A DNA stretch of 64,000 nt from Naegleria gruberi (lineage: Eukaryota), in NCBI GenBank assembly GCA_000004985.1, contig GG738850.1; one strand, given 5' to 3'. The notes beneath the pieces are model-generated. The model was not told the origin of the DNA, made no database searches, and saw only the letters and a list, made by a program, of their open reading frames with translations. Positions 1 through 12,631 of this stretch are shown in pieces (the stretch's first letter is position 1; every line of letters begins with the position of its first letter). The position numbers and the translations under genes are program-made.

Positions 1-315
1 ATCCTGCAAATCATTCTCATCCTCCTCCTGCCAATCATCAATTGTCATGGCATTCTTCTTCTTGTGTGTAATTACCGAATCCAAATCATCATTAGCATTG
101 ATAATGTGAAATTTACTCGTACTTGAATTATCTTCCTGTGGTATGGCACTTCTCTTTCCGAGAGAAAGTGTCGAGAGTCGGAGATTCAAACTATTTGTCG
201 TGATGTTTTGTTGAGTGTTTTGTCTATTCTTGATGATCATTAACAGAAAGAATATTATAATGGATATGAAGAGAAGTGAGATGAGAAAACGAAAGTTTTG
301 AAATGATGATGCCAT
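1..315 (-). CDS. 5'-partial gene running off the left edge; N-terminal signal-anchor/type II membrane protein start (MASSFQNFRFLISLLFISIIIFFLLMII...)
   Basis: Minus-strand ATG at about 315..313 opens a frame with no stop to position 1. It has a hydrophobic 20-aa stretch after a short basic N-terminus. It is absent from the ORF track because there is no in-window stop. Confidence 0.35.
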   Translation of the reverse strand, partial: MASSFQNFRFLISLLFISIIIFFLLMIIKNRQNTQQNITTNSLNLRLSTLSLGKRSAIPQEDNSSTSKFHIINANDDLDSVITHKKKNAMTIDDWQEEDENDLQD

Positions 316-714
316 GCTACTTGATTATTATTACTAATTAATATCAGAAATCTGTTCGGTGTTTGTATTTGGTGATAAGTTTTTGGAAGGGAAAGGTTTC
401 GGATAGGAAGAATCAATTTTTTGTAGAATGATGATGAAAATGTTTTTTGTATTCAATCACTACTTCAATGTATTTCCAATAGTAGAGAGGGCAGTAGTTT
501 TGGCAATTTTTTCAATCTTGAAAAGGGTGGAACACGGTTCATATCATTTGATTTCTCTCTTTCATCATACAACGGTCAAAAAGCAAAGATGACATTTTGT
601 AATCAAGTTTCTCAATAAAAAACGCATCTGAAACAATACTAATTTAAAAATCCATTATTCGAAACCTTTCTTCCAAATCTAATTTTCAATAATTTAAATT
701 TTATTTATTAAAAA

Positions 715-3700
715 ATGCAAAACAAAAACCTGCTTGGAGTTTCCGATCAGCAACAAATCGGTCGATCACGAAAATCCTCTGCCGTCGATCAAATCATCAA
801 CCGACAAGGAAACAAGGAAAGTTTATCATCACTTTTAAATTCAAGCACTCCGAGTAGGTTTACAGTTGCTGTTTCGTCGTCTCCGAATTTTTCAACGAGT
901 CCCTTGACGACGAATCCATTTCTATCTTCGTCTGGAGAACAATTTAATGGTGCTGTTGGGGATGAGTATAATATGGATGGAAATGTTGGAGAGAATGGAC
1001 CTAGTTTGGCAACGAGTCCTTCGGTTTCGAATAATGGATTTTTAAATTCGTTTAGTGGAGGAAATAGTGGATATAATAGTGGTATGGCAAATCTTTTTGG
1101 GAAGTCGGCAAATTTGGGATTTGATTCCGAGGAGAATGTTTTTATTTCAATTATTAAAAAATCATCACAACAGAATGCCATTGAAAGTATTTGTAGATTA
1201 TTGGAAACTCCACAAGATTTGGAGAAATTGGACGATTTGAAAAATTCTACTGAAAAACAAGTGGAAAAACTTCAAACCCAATTAACCAATTTGGCGGGAA
1301 CTCAAGTTGAAGAAGCAGATCAGGCCATTAATTTGATGGGAAAAATCAGAGATGATTTAAATGTAAAATTAAATGAAAATACCGAAAATTCCCTATTTAA
1401 CATGATGAAAGTATTGGGAGAAAATAATAGACAACTCATCGATGATTATCATATTGTGAGTGAAGTATTGTTGGCACACAACAATATTAAAAAGACAATT
1501 GAGAAATTGGAAACATTGACAGTTTTGAGAAGGAAATTGAGAAAGATTAAAGCAAAATTGAGTTACCATGATGATCAATATGTACTCAGTGCTCACTCTG
1601 GTAAGTTATAATTGTATTTTTGAATGGACATTCTAAATATTTCTATATTGTTGGTAATTCTCCAAAAAATTATTGTAAATAGATATCATTCTATTGGAGG
1701 AAATTAAGGATGACGCTCTCAGAGAAGTTAAAGCCAAAGTCACACGTTCTGATTATATTGACATTTTCGAGGATTATTTCCACATGATTGATGATATAAG
1801 AACTCGTTTTGAAGATTTATTGTGGATGCGTATTGCTGACTTGGAATATACAGCTGAGAACGAACCCGAAACTGTGGTAAGAATTGCAAGAATGATCGAT
1901 AAGGAAGAAGAAAGAGATCAACGTAAATTAGTGGAATACGATGAAAGACTCGAAGCTCTCAGAAAGAAGAAAAAGAATAAGAGATCAGATGAAGACGATA
2001 TCCATGAAAGTTCTGTACTTGAACCTAAATTGAGAAGAATGAAAGAGGAATTCTTCAAGAGACTTCGTCAATCAGTGAGTGACAAGTTCAATGAAGCAGT
2101 TTATGCCACCGAAGGGAGAAAGAGTGTCGATGAAAAGATTAATGATTTGACAACCTTATTGGGTGAAAAATTGAATATTGGTGTTACTAGATATGTGTCG
2201 ACATGCTTCCCTTCCTCTTGGAAGATTGTTCCATTCCTTGCCAGTGCCTATGAGGAAGAGTTGGTAAAATACATTGAAGGATTGGTAAATCCAAAGAGTG
2301 CCAGTTACAATACTCTTGGTATTGGTGACAAACTCAAAGTTATCAATTGGCTCGATGATTATAAGAATTTAGTGGATGAAGTCACTACCAATCCAAGATC
2401 ATTTGAAAATGAAAAGAAACAACTCATTGGAGATTATATCAGTACTAGATCCAGTTTTATGATTGAATATACCAATAGTACAGTTTCTTTGGACTTTAGA
2501 GATTTTGAGAATATTCCGCTCAATGCCAACATTAGAGGTTATCCATATACTGCTGCCTGTGTTGAAGTATTTACATTTATCAATCAGCAATTGGATGAAT
2601 TGATGGAAACTGAAATTCCAGAAGTGATTCCACCATCTATGGGTGGTTTGAAAGCCTCACTCAGATTCTTTATTGACACCTCCTTTGAAAAAGTTGAGGA
2701 AAATAGTAAGTTTTTTTCAAAATTATACATGAATATTTATCAAACATAGTTGAGGATATTCCACTTGTTGTCATTTGTGCTCTCATTAACAATAACACTA
2801 CCAGTATTGACTACTTGAAAGCAGTGGTTGAGAGAATTGAACACTTACTTGTGGAAGACAATCTCTTCGACTTGGAAGATCAATTCAAAAAGAATGGATA
2901 CAAAATGGTCGACTTGTTATGTGAACGTGTCATTATGGCCGATGTTAAGGATTTACTGAATGAATTATTTACAGAAAATTGGATGGTTGTTCCTTTGGAA
3001 GAAAAACTCGAAAAGGAGGATTTGATTGTTGTTCTGAGAGATGCACCAGTTTACAAGATGGTTGAAATGATCTTTGAACCATATTATAAGGAATTGGAGG
3101 AGGATTTACTTGAGGCAGAATACAGAGATCACCTCACTGAAAAACTTGCCGAAATATTTGTTGGAAAATATATGGAGAAACTCTTATTCAATAAGGTACA
3201 TTTTGATGACCCAATTGATGCCTCCAATCAAATGAAGGAAGATATTAGAATTATTAAGAGATTCTTCACTGCAGAATATAATGCCAAGGAAGACGATGTT
3301 GAATATTCGGCACAGAGAATGGATGTGGATATGTTTAGTATGAATTACTACGAACCTATGAAGAGTATCTTTTTAATTTTGAAAGCGTATGTTTAATTTT
3401 GAATTTTATTCGAATCATTTATATTCGTATCATAATTATTTCGTATCTTGGCCATTGAATGCTTTAAATATTATTTCAAACCCTTTTTGATAGTCAAACT
3501 CCTGAAGATGTCATGAAAAACATCAAGAAATTATTAGAATTATATAAGGACGTTTCTCTCGACTTGTTATATGTAAGTTTCCTTAACAATGAAAATATAC
3601 CAAATTGAATTCCATGAATTTTATGATTTCAATGAATCTCATGTGCGATATCATGTAATATATTCGAATAGAATATTCTGCACCTCAGAGGGGATATTCC

Positions 3701-4040
3701 TAAAAAGGATAAGCAAGATATTGAACTACGATTGGAAACCATGTACGATGAATATCTTGAAAATCCGAATCCAGATGCACGTTTGTCACTATTTGGTAAA
3801 ATTGATAAAACTCCAGAATCAAAGAAAAGAAAAACAAAGAATCAGATTTCTAAAAAGGGTGATAAGAATGATAAGAATGAAAAATCAGAGAAACAAAACG
3901 AATCTCAAACCACCAACAAGAAAGATCCAAAACTCGAAGTACCAGATGGAGCAACCAGTTTAGGCGATTTACTTGGAGATGAAAAATTGGATTTCTCATT
4001 CGATGAGGATGACGAAGAAGATTATGAAGAAGATGAATAA
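715..4040 (+). CDS. Exocyst complex component Sec6/EXOC3-like (CATCHR tethering family); 5 exons: 715..1600, 1683..2705, 2750..3386, 3494..3572, 3672..4040
   Basis: Genuine ATG at 715. Track ORFs 715-1611, 1694-2749, 2815-3396 and 3732-4040 join in frame through GTAAGT/GTATGT donors and TAG acceptors. The track 'M's at 1694, 2815 and 3732 are TTG codons inside exons. Introns are 82, 44, 107 and 99 nt. The N-terminal coiled coil and the peptides IFEDYF and NEPETVV resemble yeast Sec6 (IFEVYF, SEPETII). The C-terminus is an acidic tail. Confidence 0.7.
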
Positions 4041-4861
4041 ACTATTTGGAAATTTGTATTTTGTGAATATTCAATCATTTCGAATTTGTAAAGTGAGCAT
4101 GCTCAACTATATTGAGCCAGCTCCTTCTCAAATTGTTGACATTCTGCATTCTTCGTAATATCAGTTTCTTAAAATCCTTTCGACAGTTCACACTCATAGT
4201 GTTGAGTTAACAAAGGAGCGAAATTTATCCTACTCACTCCAATTTATACCAAACCAAGGAAAAGTATAAAGATTTTTTTGCATTATCTTTTAAACTCTAC
4301 CCAATCAACTACATTCCCACAACATTACAACCACATATCTCAATAGTTACACCATTTTCAATTAAAGTGTTCCATTTCCAAACATTTCCATTCCGCACTT
4401 TCATGTTTGCCATTATTGACCATTCATGCCGCTGCGCAAAAAATTCAAAACCTAACAATTTAGGCGGGAAACCAAAAAACCCTTTGGAAATGAGAGTTTT
4501 TTATGCTACAAGCAATGAAACAGCTCTGATGCTGTTGAAGCAACAAACACAATGCTCTCACAGTTGCTCGAACCTGAAAAAAAAACGAACAAGTCCCTCC
4601 ACCACCTACAACCTTTATCGCAGCACGGCAGCCTCACTTGTAGTAGCCGGCCGGATAGAGAGTTTGATTTTCTTGTATTTGTGTGGACAAAGTCTTGCTA
4701 CTTTAAAAATCGACAATAGTAACGGAAAGGAGAATAATCAAGTAGATAGGATTAGTAGTTGTTACGGAATAACCGATCATCTTGTCATCTTTTGTATAAA
4801 AACTATACATTGCTGATTTGAAGCATTTTACATTGATTCTTTCTCCCTTTCGAATAGATTA

Positions 4862-5764
4862 ATGACACCAGAAGAGAAGCAGAAAGCATTGCTCATGATA
4901 CTGAGCAGATATACCAAGAAAGATGACAATTCACAACAATCACAGGACCCATCTGCATCATCATCGAATGGCCCATCCATTGTAGACCAATTAGTACATC
5001 AACAACAACCACTTTTTAACACAAATGTCATTAATCCTCCTCCTCAACAATATGTAAATAATTCAGTATCTACTAACACTATTCTTATGAACGGTGGTCA
5101 ACCAGTAATGGCCACTACGAACCTAATTGAACTAGTCAATTCTGGCATTATCCCATCTAGTAATAATAATTCCAATTGTAGTGTAGCTGACCAAGTTGAA
5201 ATTATTGCACCCTTGATGATAAATTTGAATTTAAATAATACTTTTTTGGGATCACAACAATTCACAATGTCATCCACCCCAGTTGACCAATACAGTCCTG
5301 CTAGCAGCTCACTATCCACACCAACTAGCTCTTCATCCCAATCTTCTGCCAGTCATTTATCTGACAATAGTATTCCACAAATGACCCAAACCACAAACAA
5401 GAAGAAGAAGAAGAATAACAAGAATAAGATTGGTAAGCAAAACAAGATGAATCGTGACATGATATCCACTGGCTACAATTCTAGCTCTGTACATCAAGTA
5501 GGCAGTTCATCATCTATTGCATCATCATCAGCCACCAATTCACCTGTTTCATCCAGTTCCACGACTGGCACGAGTGTGCAATTTATTAACTTGAGCAATG
5601 AAGAAATGAAGATTAAATACGATTCAGAATCATCACTAAATTCTCAAGTGAAACCAAAGAGAAAAAGAGGAAGACCAAAAAAACCAGAACCAAAGAAACC
5701 AACCAAAATAACGTATCAATTCGTTCAAGAAGATGGCACGGGTGATCCCAAAAGCAAAAAGTAA
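4862..5764 (+). CDS. Low-complexity S/N/Q-rich protein with C-terminal AT-hook (KRKRGRPKKP)
   Basis: ATG at 4862 and a single 300-aa ORF. The GRP core is flanked by K/R/P residues as in AT-hook DNA-binding motifs. The rest is compositionally biased. Confidence 0.5.
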   Translation: MTPEEKQKALLMILSRYTKKDDNSQQSQDPSASSSNGPSIVDQLVHQQQPLFNTNVINPPPQQYVNNSVSTNTILMNGGQPVMATTNLIELVNSGIIPSSNNNSNCSVADQVEIIAPLMINLNLNNTFLGSQQFTMSSTPVDQYSPASSSLSTPTSSSSQSSASHLSDNSIPQMTQTTNKKKKKNNKNKIGKQNKMNRDMISTGYNSSSVHQVGSSSSIASSSATNSPVSSSSTTGTSVQFINLSNEEMKIKYDSESSLNSQVKPKRKRGRPKKPEPKKPTKITYQFVQEDGTGDPKSKK

Positions 5765-6154
5765 TCTTGATTGAACGAATGGATACGCCAACAACAATTG
5801 TCAATCCATTTGTAGTTTCTGTTCTGTTATCTACAAATAAAAATTTGATTGACAATTAAATTCTTCATGTATTAACTCATTAATTTCTTTATCATTTAAC
5901 AATTTAATAGTCCAGTTCCCTAACTACAAAATATTCGAAACCTTGGGAAAGCAAGCTTGTAATTATCTTGCTGAGCATGAAAAGGGAAGAAAGTTCTTAT
6001 TCAAGAACAATGATTCCAATTCAACGTTCGACACAGCGATCATTCTTCCTTTTTACAAGACAGACCCATCAAACTAGTGATGACATTCAACAACAAAAAA
6101 TTGCAAGCAAGAAATAACAACATCATGAAAATTCATCATCCACAAAATCTCTAA

Positions 6155-7857
6155 ATGTCATCATCAATACAATTTTCATCTAATAATTATCGGTCGAGGA
6201 GAGCCCTCACTATTCAATTTATATTTCTTATAATTTCCATCAGTTTCGTCTTGTTTCATAAATCTTTACGAGAATATACAGACCAGCAGCAACAAGTAGG
6301 CTTTTATAAATCGGATAACAACAATAATTTGTTAATAACCTTCGTCAATGCACAGAACGAAACTAGAGCAACAACTTCATACAATCCCTTCTCATCAATT
6401 AGTGAGAAAATTGCCTCTTTCAAATTAAATCTCTACCGATTGACTTTTACTGGTAAACAAGCTCCAGATAAATTCGATCCAGAATCATCAGATTAGTAAG
6501 TTTTAAATTACTGTACAATAATTTAATCTAAATGATTGTTTCAATGTAAATTAAATTATTGGAATAATTTTTCAATATTATTATTCGAAATATTTCATCT
6601 AGTTGGCAAGGAATTGGTACGAGTGCATTGGGAGGAGGTATTGTTTCCATTCTGGCCATTCTTGCATTACTCTTTTTCGATACAGTTCGTGGATTGGGAT
6701 GTTTTGGTGGTATTGAACCAACCAAGCAATTATTCTATGGAAGAGAACAAAGAAAACAACCGTATGGACAATGTCAGACATTTTCATTGAAAATTATCTT
6801 GGCAGTCATGTTAGTTTTGATTGGAGGATTGTGCACATTGCTGATTATTGGTAATGTGATTTTCAATGTTTCATTTGAGAATGGTAGAGTTTATTTCAAG
6901 GCAACTCTGGTTGACATGTTTAATACGACTGTTAATTTGCAAACTGTTGCTAATAGAATTCAAGTTGCAAGTGGATCGACTTCAGATATTACTGACATTA
7001 ACACTTTAATTTCACAACAGCAAACTGCATTGAATTCTACCAATACTTTGGTTAGAGAAATTAGACATTTGAACTTTTTGAGATACTTTTTATTGATGGT
7101 TATTGCTGTGGTCATGTTATCGGTTCCATTATTGGGTTTATTGGGTGGTTTAACCCATTGGAAGGAGTTTGCTTTGTATGGTGTCAGATTTGGTTACATG
7201 ATGCTTGTTTGTGCTTGGATTTTGTTTACCATTCACTTTGCATTTGCAATGGTCACTCAGGATATGTGTGCAACAGCAGACAGATATTTGCAGGGTACAG
7301 AGGGAAATACTACATCTAGTTCTGAACTTGTTTCTCAAGTTTCATCATTGGTTTCCATATTTTCTCAATGTTCAAACTCATCTCAACTTGTTAAGAATAG
7401 TGGTGTCAGTATGAGTTTAGTTGATGGCATGTTAACAAGTTTGAACCAACAATTGACAAATGCAGACAGTCAAAAACGTGATTTCCATCTCGTATTGTAC
7501 AATGTTACCAATGCCACAAGTATTGATTTTGTTGCTGCCAATCCAGATACTAAGGCCAATGTTCAAAAATCGGTTGATAGTATTCTATTGTTTGCCTATG
7601 ATTTGATTCCATCCTTTTTGACATACAATAATTGTTCAAGTGTTGGAGAAAAGTTTGTACAATTTGTGGATTCAGGTTGTGTTGGCATGTTGTCAAGTAT
7701 TCATATTTTGTGGGCTGTCTTTTTAGTTATAGGATCAGCGCTTATTCCACTCACTTGGTTCAATTGTTTAGGATATAAGAGATTCAGAAAGAAGCGTTTC
7801 GTCATTCCAAAAGAAAGACAACCAGAAGGTGTTGAAATTGCTCTCCATCTTACTTAA
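6155..7857 (+). CDS. Multi-pass (about 6 TM) membrane glycoprotein, unknown family; 2 exons: 6155..6495, 6603..7857
   Basis: ATG at 6155. Donor GTAAGT at 6496 and acceptor TAG at 6600-6602 join in frame. The track 'M' at 6628 is TTG. Hydrophobic helices sit near residues 20, 125, 165, 285, 310 and 480. Two large loops carry N-x-S/T sites. Confidence 0.55.
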
Positions 7858-7984
7858 TTTGTTGTTTATACGAGATTAGAAATATTGTACTATACTTTTG
7901 AAATAAATTATTTGTTGTAATTTTACACAAACATATGGGAATCTCAGGTTTACAAAATAATAATTTAATAATGTTTAAATAGTC

Positions 7985-10900
7985 TTACAAAAAGTCATCA
8001 TCCAAATCATCAAAAAGTTTTGATGTGGTTGCCTTCTTCTTTTTCTGGAGTTCTTCTTGCTTCTTCTTAAGAGCAACTTCATCTTCCAAATCATCTTCAA
8101 ATAAGAAACTAGCCTTTGGTTTGTTTTCAATAACTGCACTTGTGGCAGTTGATTGCAACCATGGATCGATCTGACTGGCATCAGTAGTTTCCTCAAAAAC
8201 AGAAGGAAGCTTCTTGGCACTTCCATTGGATGGTCTATCTTCTTCGAGAGAAGGCTGTGTCGAATCTACATATTCCAAATCATCAACTTCTTCTTTTGTT
8301 TCAGTAACAGAAGTATCTTGAGCTGGCTCTTCAACAACAATTGGAGCTTGTTCAACAGGTTCTTGTTCACCGCTAACTTCTGGTGTAGATTGTTCAGTCA
8401 CTGGTTCAGTTTCACTTATTGTTGGCTCAGCTGTAGTTTCTTCAGCTTGTTGTTCTGTATCAACAGGATCAACAGTTGTTTCAGTAGATTCTGGAACTGT
8501 TTCAACTGCTGGTTCTTCTTGTGTTGATGGTTCTTGAACAGTTTCAGTTGTTTCAGTAGATTCTGGAACAGTTTCGATAGCAACAGGTTCTTCAACAACT
8601 TGAGCAGGTTCTTCTTGTGATGGCTCCTCTTGAACAACTTCTGGAACTATTTCAACAGCAGGTTCTTCTTCAACAACTTGAGTTGGTTCTTCTTGTTGTT
8701 CCTCTTCAACAACAACACTTTCTGGCTCTGTTGTAACAACTTGAGTTTCTGGCTCAACTTGTTCTTCTTCAGCAGCTTCAGGTTCTTCTTGTTCTTGTTC
8801 TTCAACAACAACTGGAGCTTGTTCAACAGGTTCTTCTTGTGTTGGTTGTTCAACAACAATTGGTTCATCCTTGGTTTGTTCTTCAACAATGGCTTCTTCT
8901 GGTTCTTCTTCCAAAGTATTTGGAGTGGTAACAACTTCTGGTTCAGCAGCAGCTTGTTGAATAACGACAGGAGTTTGAGTCTTGGCCAAAGCAACTTCTT
9001 CCTTCAAAGACTCGATTTGAGATTCGTACTTGGCAATTTCTTCCTTCAATGAAATATCGAATTCTGATTTGAGGTCATCAAGTTTGACATTCCATTCACT
9101 TTCTAATTCTTGACGAATAACAGCTTCCAAAGCAGCCTTGGAAACTTCTTCTTTTGGTTCTTCTTCTTCCTCTTCATCTTCCTCCAATTCCAAATCTTCA
9201 GCTTCATCTTCTTCCAAATCGAGAAGAATCAATGATCTTCTTCTGGAAACATCCTCATCAATTTCTTCCTCTTCATCTTCATCATAATCAATATAGACAT
9301 TTGGATCAATGTTCAACAAGTCCAAACCACTGAATTCTTCAGTAATGAGACTCATAACCTTCAAACTGAACTTTTTAACAATTTGTCCCAAGAAGGAAGA
9401 AACCTTGGCATGAGAAAGTTTCTTACCATTAATACCAGTAGAGAAGGTACGATAGACCTTATTGATGAGATTTCTAAAGACAGTCTTGAAAAGAGTTCTA
9501 ACATTATCAGACTTGGTATTCAAAGCTTCAAGGAACTTTTCACGCATCTTTTGAAGATTGGAGACGTTGGTGCTTTCCAAATCAGAAACTTCTTCAGTCT
9601 TGGCTTCAAGTTCTTGAGTGAGTCTGGCAATTTGAGTGGTTTGAGAAGAGTTGGATGCTGATAGATTGGCAACAGATTGCTTCAATCCTTCAATTTCTTC
9701 TGTTGTTTGTTCTTCGAGATTCTTCATCTTTTCCTTCCACAATTTTTCAATGCTTTCTCTCAAAGTTTCAGCTCCACTTTCAGAACTCTTCAAGTTTCTT
9801 TCCAAATCTTGGCTTGCTTCAGTTTTGATTCTTTCAATTTCTTGCTTTTGTTCTCTCTTGAGTTTTTGAAGAGCAAGGTTATGTTCATTTTCCAATTTTT
9901 GAAGCTTTTCTTGCCATTCCTCTTCCAAGGAAGCAATCTTTTCTTTATGATCAGCTTCAGTCCTGTTTTTCTTCTTTTTGTTTTCATTGTTGATTTCTTC
10001 AATTTCCTTCTTCAAGACTTCAATTTCTGATTGCAGATTTTCAATATTTTCCTTTTCAGATTGAACTTGTTCTTGAGCTCTGGAGGTCTTTCTCTTTTGT
10101 TCAGCCAATTGCTTTCTGAGAGAGGCAATGGTTTCATTGAGCTTTTGCAATTCTTCTTCGTACATTCCCTTTTCAGAAAGGTTGCTACTCTCCAAAGACA
10201 AGTGAGTGAGTTCGAGTTGTTGTTGAGCATACTTTTCTTGCTTTTTACGAAGTTGTGAAATCTTTTCAATGAGAGAGTCAACTTGTTCTCTTTCCTTTTG
10301 AAGATCAGTTTGGAGCTTGGAATTGGTAGCTAACAAGTGTTGTATATTTTCAATCAAGAGAGGACCAGACATGTAAATGTGAGACTTTTTAAACTTTTTG
10401 AGTTGGTATCCATTGATCAAAATGTCCTTCTCGGCAGAGTTTTCTTCTTCATCACCTTCGTGATCCTTATCTTCCTCTTCATCGAGTTCATTTCCAAACT
10501 TGGAAGTATTTCTGATCAATTGTGTGAAAGAAAGATTGTCAATATTTCTTTCAATTTTATCCAATCTAGACAAGAGTACAGAAACATCATCAATCCATTG
10601 ATTTGATGGTGCCTTCTTTTCGGCTGGCTTTTCTACAATAGGTTTTTCAACTGGTTTTTCAACAGCAGTTGTAACAGTAGTAGTAGTAGTTGTTGGAGTT
10701 GCTGTTGTTGGAGTGGAAACTGTTGTTGTTGCTGGTTGTTGTTGAGAAATTAAGGATTGCAATGAGGCAAGTTGTTGTTTGAGAGCTTCAATTTCACTAT
10801 TAGAACCAGATGTACTTGTTTCAGTTGTATTCTCTGGAACAGTTGTGGCAGTAGTAGTATTAATAACTGGAGTAGAAACTGGTTGTTCTTGTACAATAGG

Positions 10901-12631
10901 TGTAGAGACTGGTTGTTGTTGTTGAACTGGTTGAGCTTGTTGAACAACTACTTCTGGTTGTTGTTGTTGTGGCAAGACAACTCCATAAGATTGAGCCCCA
11001 ATACGAGCCATTCTCACTTTCAAATTATCAGATTCAACCATTGGTTGTGCTTGTTGTTGATTTAAATTTACAGGAGAAGAAACTGTTTGTACAATTGGTT
11101 GTTGTTGTTGTTGCTGTTGGCTAGTCATAATGGTTGGCATTGAACCAGTTGTTGAACTAGTAGTAGAAGATTTGATCTTTTTGATTTTAACAACTTCAAT
11201 TTGGAAGCAGAGAATTGAATTTGGTGGAATAACATTGGCAGCACCACGTTCTCCATAAGCTAAATGAGAAGGAATAACACAGAATTTCTTTCCGCCTTGA
11301 CGAACATTTTTCAATGCATGTTCCCATCCACTTATTACTTCAGATTCTCCAAATTTAAATCCGAACAAGTTATTTGAATTCTCATTAGTGTCAAATAATT
11401 TACCCAATGAAAAACCCTTCTTTGGATCATTATCGACAATCCAACCACTGTACTTGACATAGATTTTCAATCCATCCCTACAGGCAGCAACATTTGGATC
11501 AACTGCACCAGAATTATTTCCCAATTCATTCAAATTAACAGTAGTGACATCCATAGTTTGTTGTCCCATAAACTTGGCCACACAAACCATTTTGGCAAAA
11601 TGGGTAGCAGCATCAGCATTTTGGAATCCAATGGATAAAATTCTATTAGAGTGCAAATCGTGAAGAGATGCAAAATTTGAGGTAGCACCCAATTGAAGAG
11701 TCAATAGAGTATGTTGAGCAGTGATTGGAACTTGGAGAACAATATCTGATGGATTACGATAGAAAATCAAGTTTGGAATTGGATGATTATTCAAGATGGC
11801 AGCTCCAACTTTTCCGAAAGGTTGATATTGTCTTACTTCATTTGAACTATTTTAAAATGATTATTGCAATTAAATGATTATTTTTAAGAGGTTTTGAAAT
11901 TAAATAATTAGAGAAATAGAGTTGAAATATTTGAAAATATATGATAATAATAATAATAATAATAATTGATAGTAATGTTGAAACATTTGAAAATATATGA
12001 TAATAAATAATAATAAAACATAATAGGATGAATATTAGAAAAAATAAATTATGTGAAATAAACATACAATAAGAATAATTCAACAACAAGAGCATGAATG
12101 ACAGTGCCATTCTCACCACGAACCTTATTTTGAACATTGGCTGTAGAAACAGAAGGAGTGACTGCTGAATTTGTTGTTGAAGTAGAGCTAATGGAAGCAG
12201 ATGAAAGTTTTCTTTGCATTTGAGATGAACCATTACTACTGGTAGGAGAAGGTTTGAATTTAAAATCGGAATCTGTCGAATCGGAATCACCACCTCCAAA
12301 GAGGGTTCCTAATCTTGCTCCACTATTTAATCATGATCAAATATTGTTATTATTAAATAATCCGTGATCAACATTTTGATTATATTCCGTAATATAATAT
12401 TATATTCATATCATATTCATCCAATCATGTTAATTTTCCAATAACAAGTCGATAATAATTTAAGTAATATAAAACATGTTAATAACAAAATTGACAAAAC
12501 AATCCAAATTATTATAGTACTTCTATTCAATAACAACACACTTACGTCGAAGAAGCAAGTGGATTACCACCGATCATACCTCCACCAAATGAAACTGTAC
12601 TCTCATCATCACTATCATCGAGGAAGCTCAT
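7985..12631 (-). CDS. FKBP15-like protein: FKBP-type peptidyl-prolyl isomerase domain plus a long coiled coil and acidic E/P/V/Q-rich repeats; 3 exons: 12631..12546, 12322..12068, 11846..7985
   Basis: The FKBP signature (GWEHAL...IPSHLAYGERG...IPPNSIL.FQIEV) is in the N-terminal third, followed by about 600 aa of coiled coil. ATG at 12631, donor GTAAG at 12545, acceptor ...AATAG at 12323, donor GTATGT at 12067 and acceptor AATAG at 11847 keep the frame. The track 'M' at 11794 is TTG. The 5' exon assignment is less certain than the main exon. Confidence 0.7.
11850..12060. repeat. Intronic AT-rich tandem duplication (about 45 bp unit, tttgaaaatatatgataataa...) including an (AAT)n microsatellite near 11941-11962
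   Basis: Two near-identical copies of ttgaaa(a/c)at(a/t)tgaaaatatatgataataa(t/a)aataataa lie inside intron 2 of the FKBP15-like gene. Confidence 0.6.

Noticed and set aside
3589-4158. ORFs 3589-3963 and 3973-4158
   Set aside because: They overlap intron 4 and exon 5 of the Sec6-like gene in other frames. The Sec6 reading is supported by splice signals and homology.
4367-4816. 149-aa plus-strand ORF
   Set aside because: Its composition is not protein-like, and it overlaps the GC-rich putative ncRNA/promoter block upstream of the AT-hook gene. It was not called as a gene.
8153-9052. Plus-strand ORFs 8153-8527 and 8630-9052 and minus ORFs 8416-8637 and 8647-8994 rich in N/F/L/K
   Set aside because: They are alternate-frame or antisense readings of the repetitive acidic E/P/V/Q-rich exon of the FKBP15-like gene. 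This is low-complexity artefact with no independent support.
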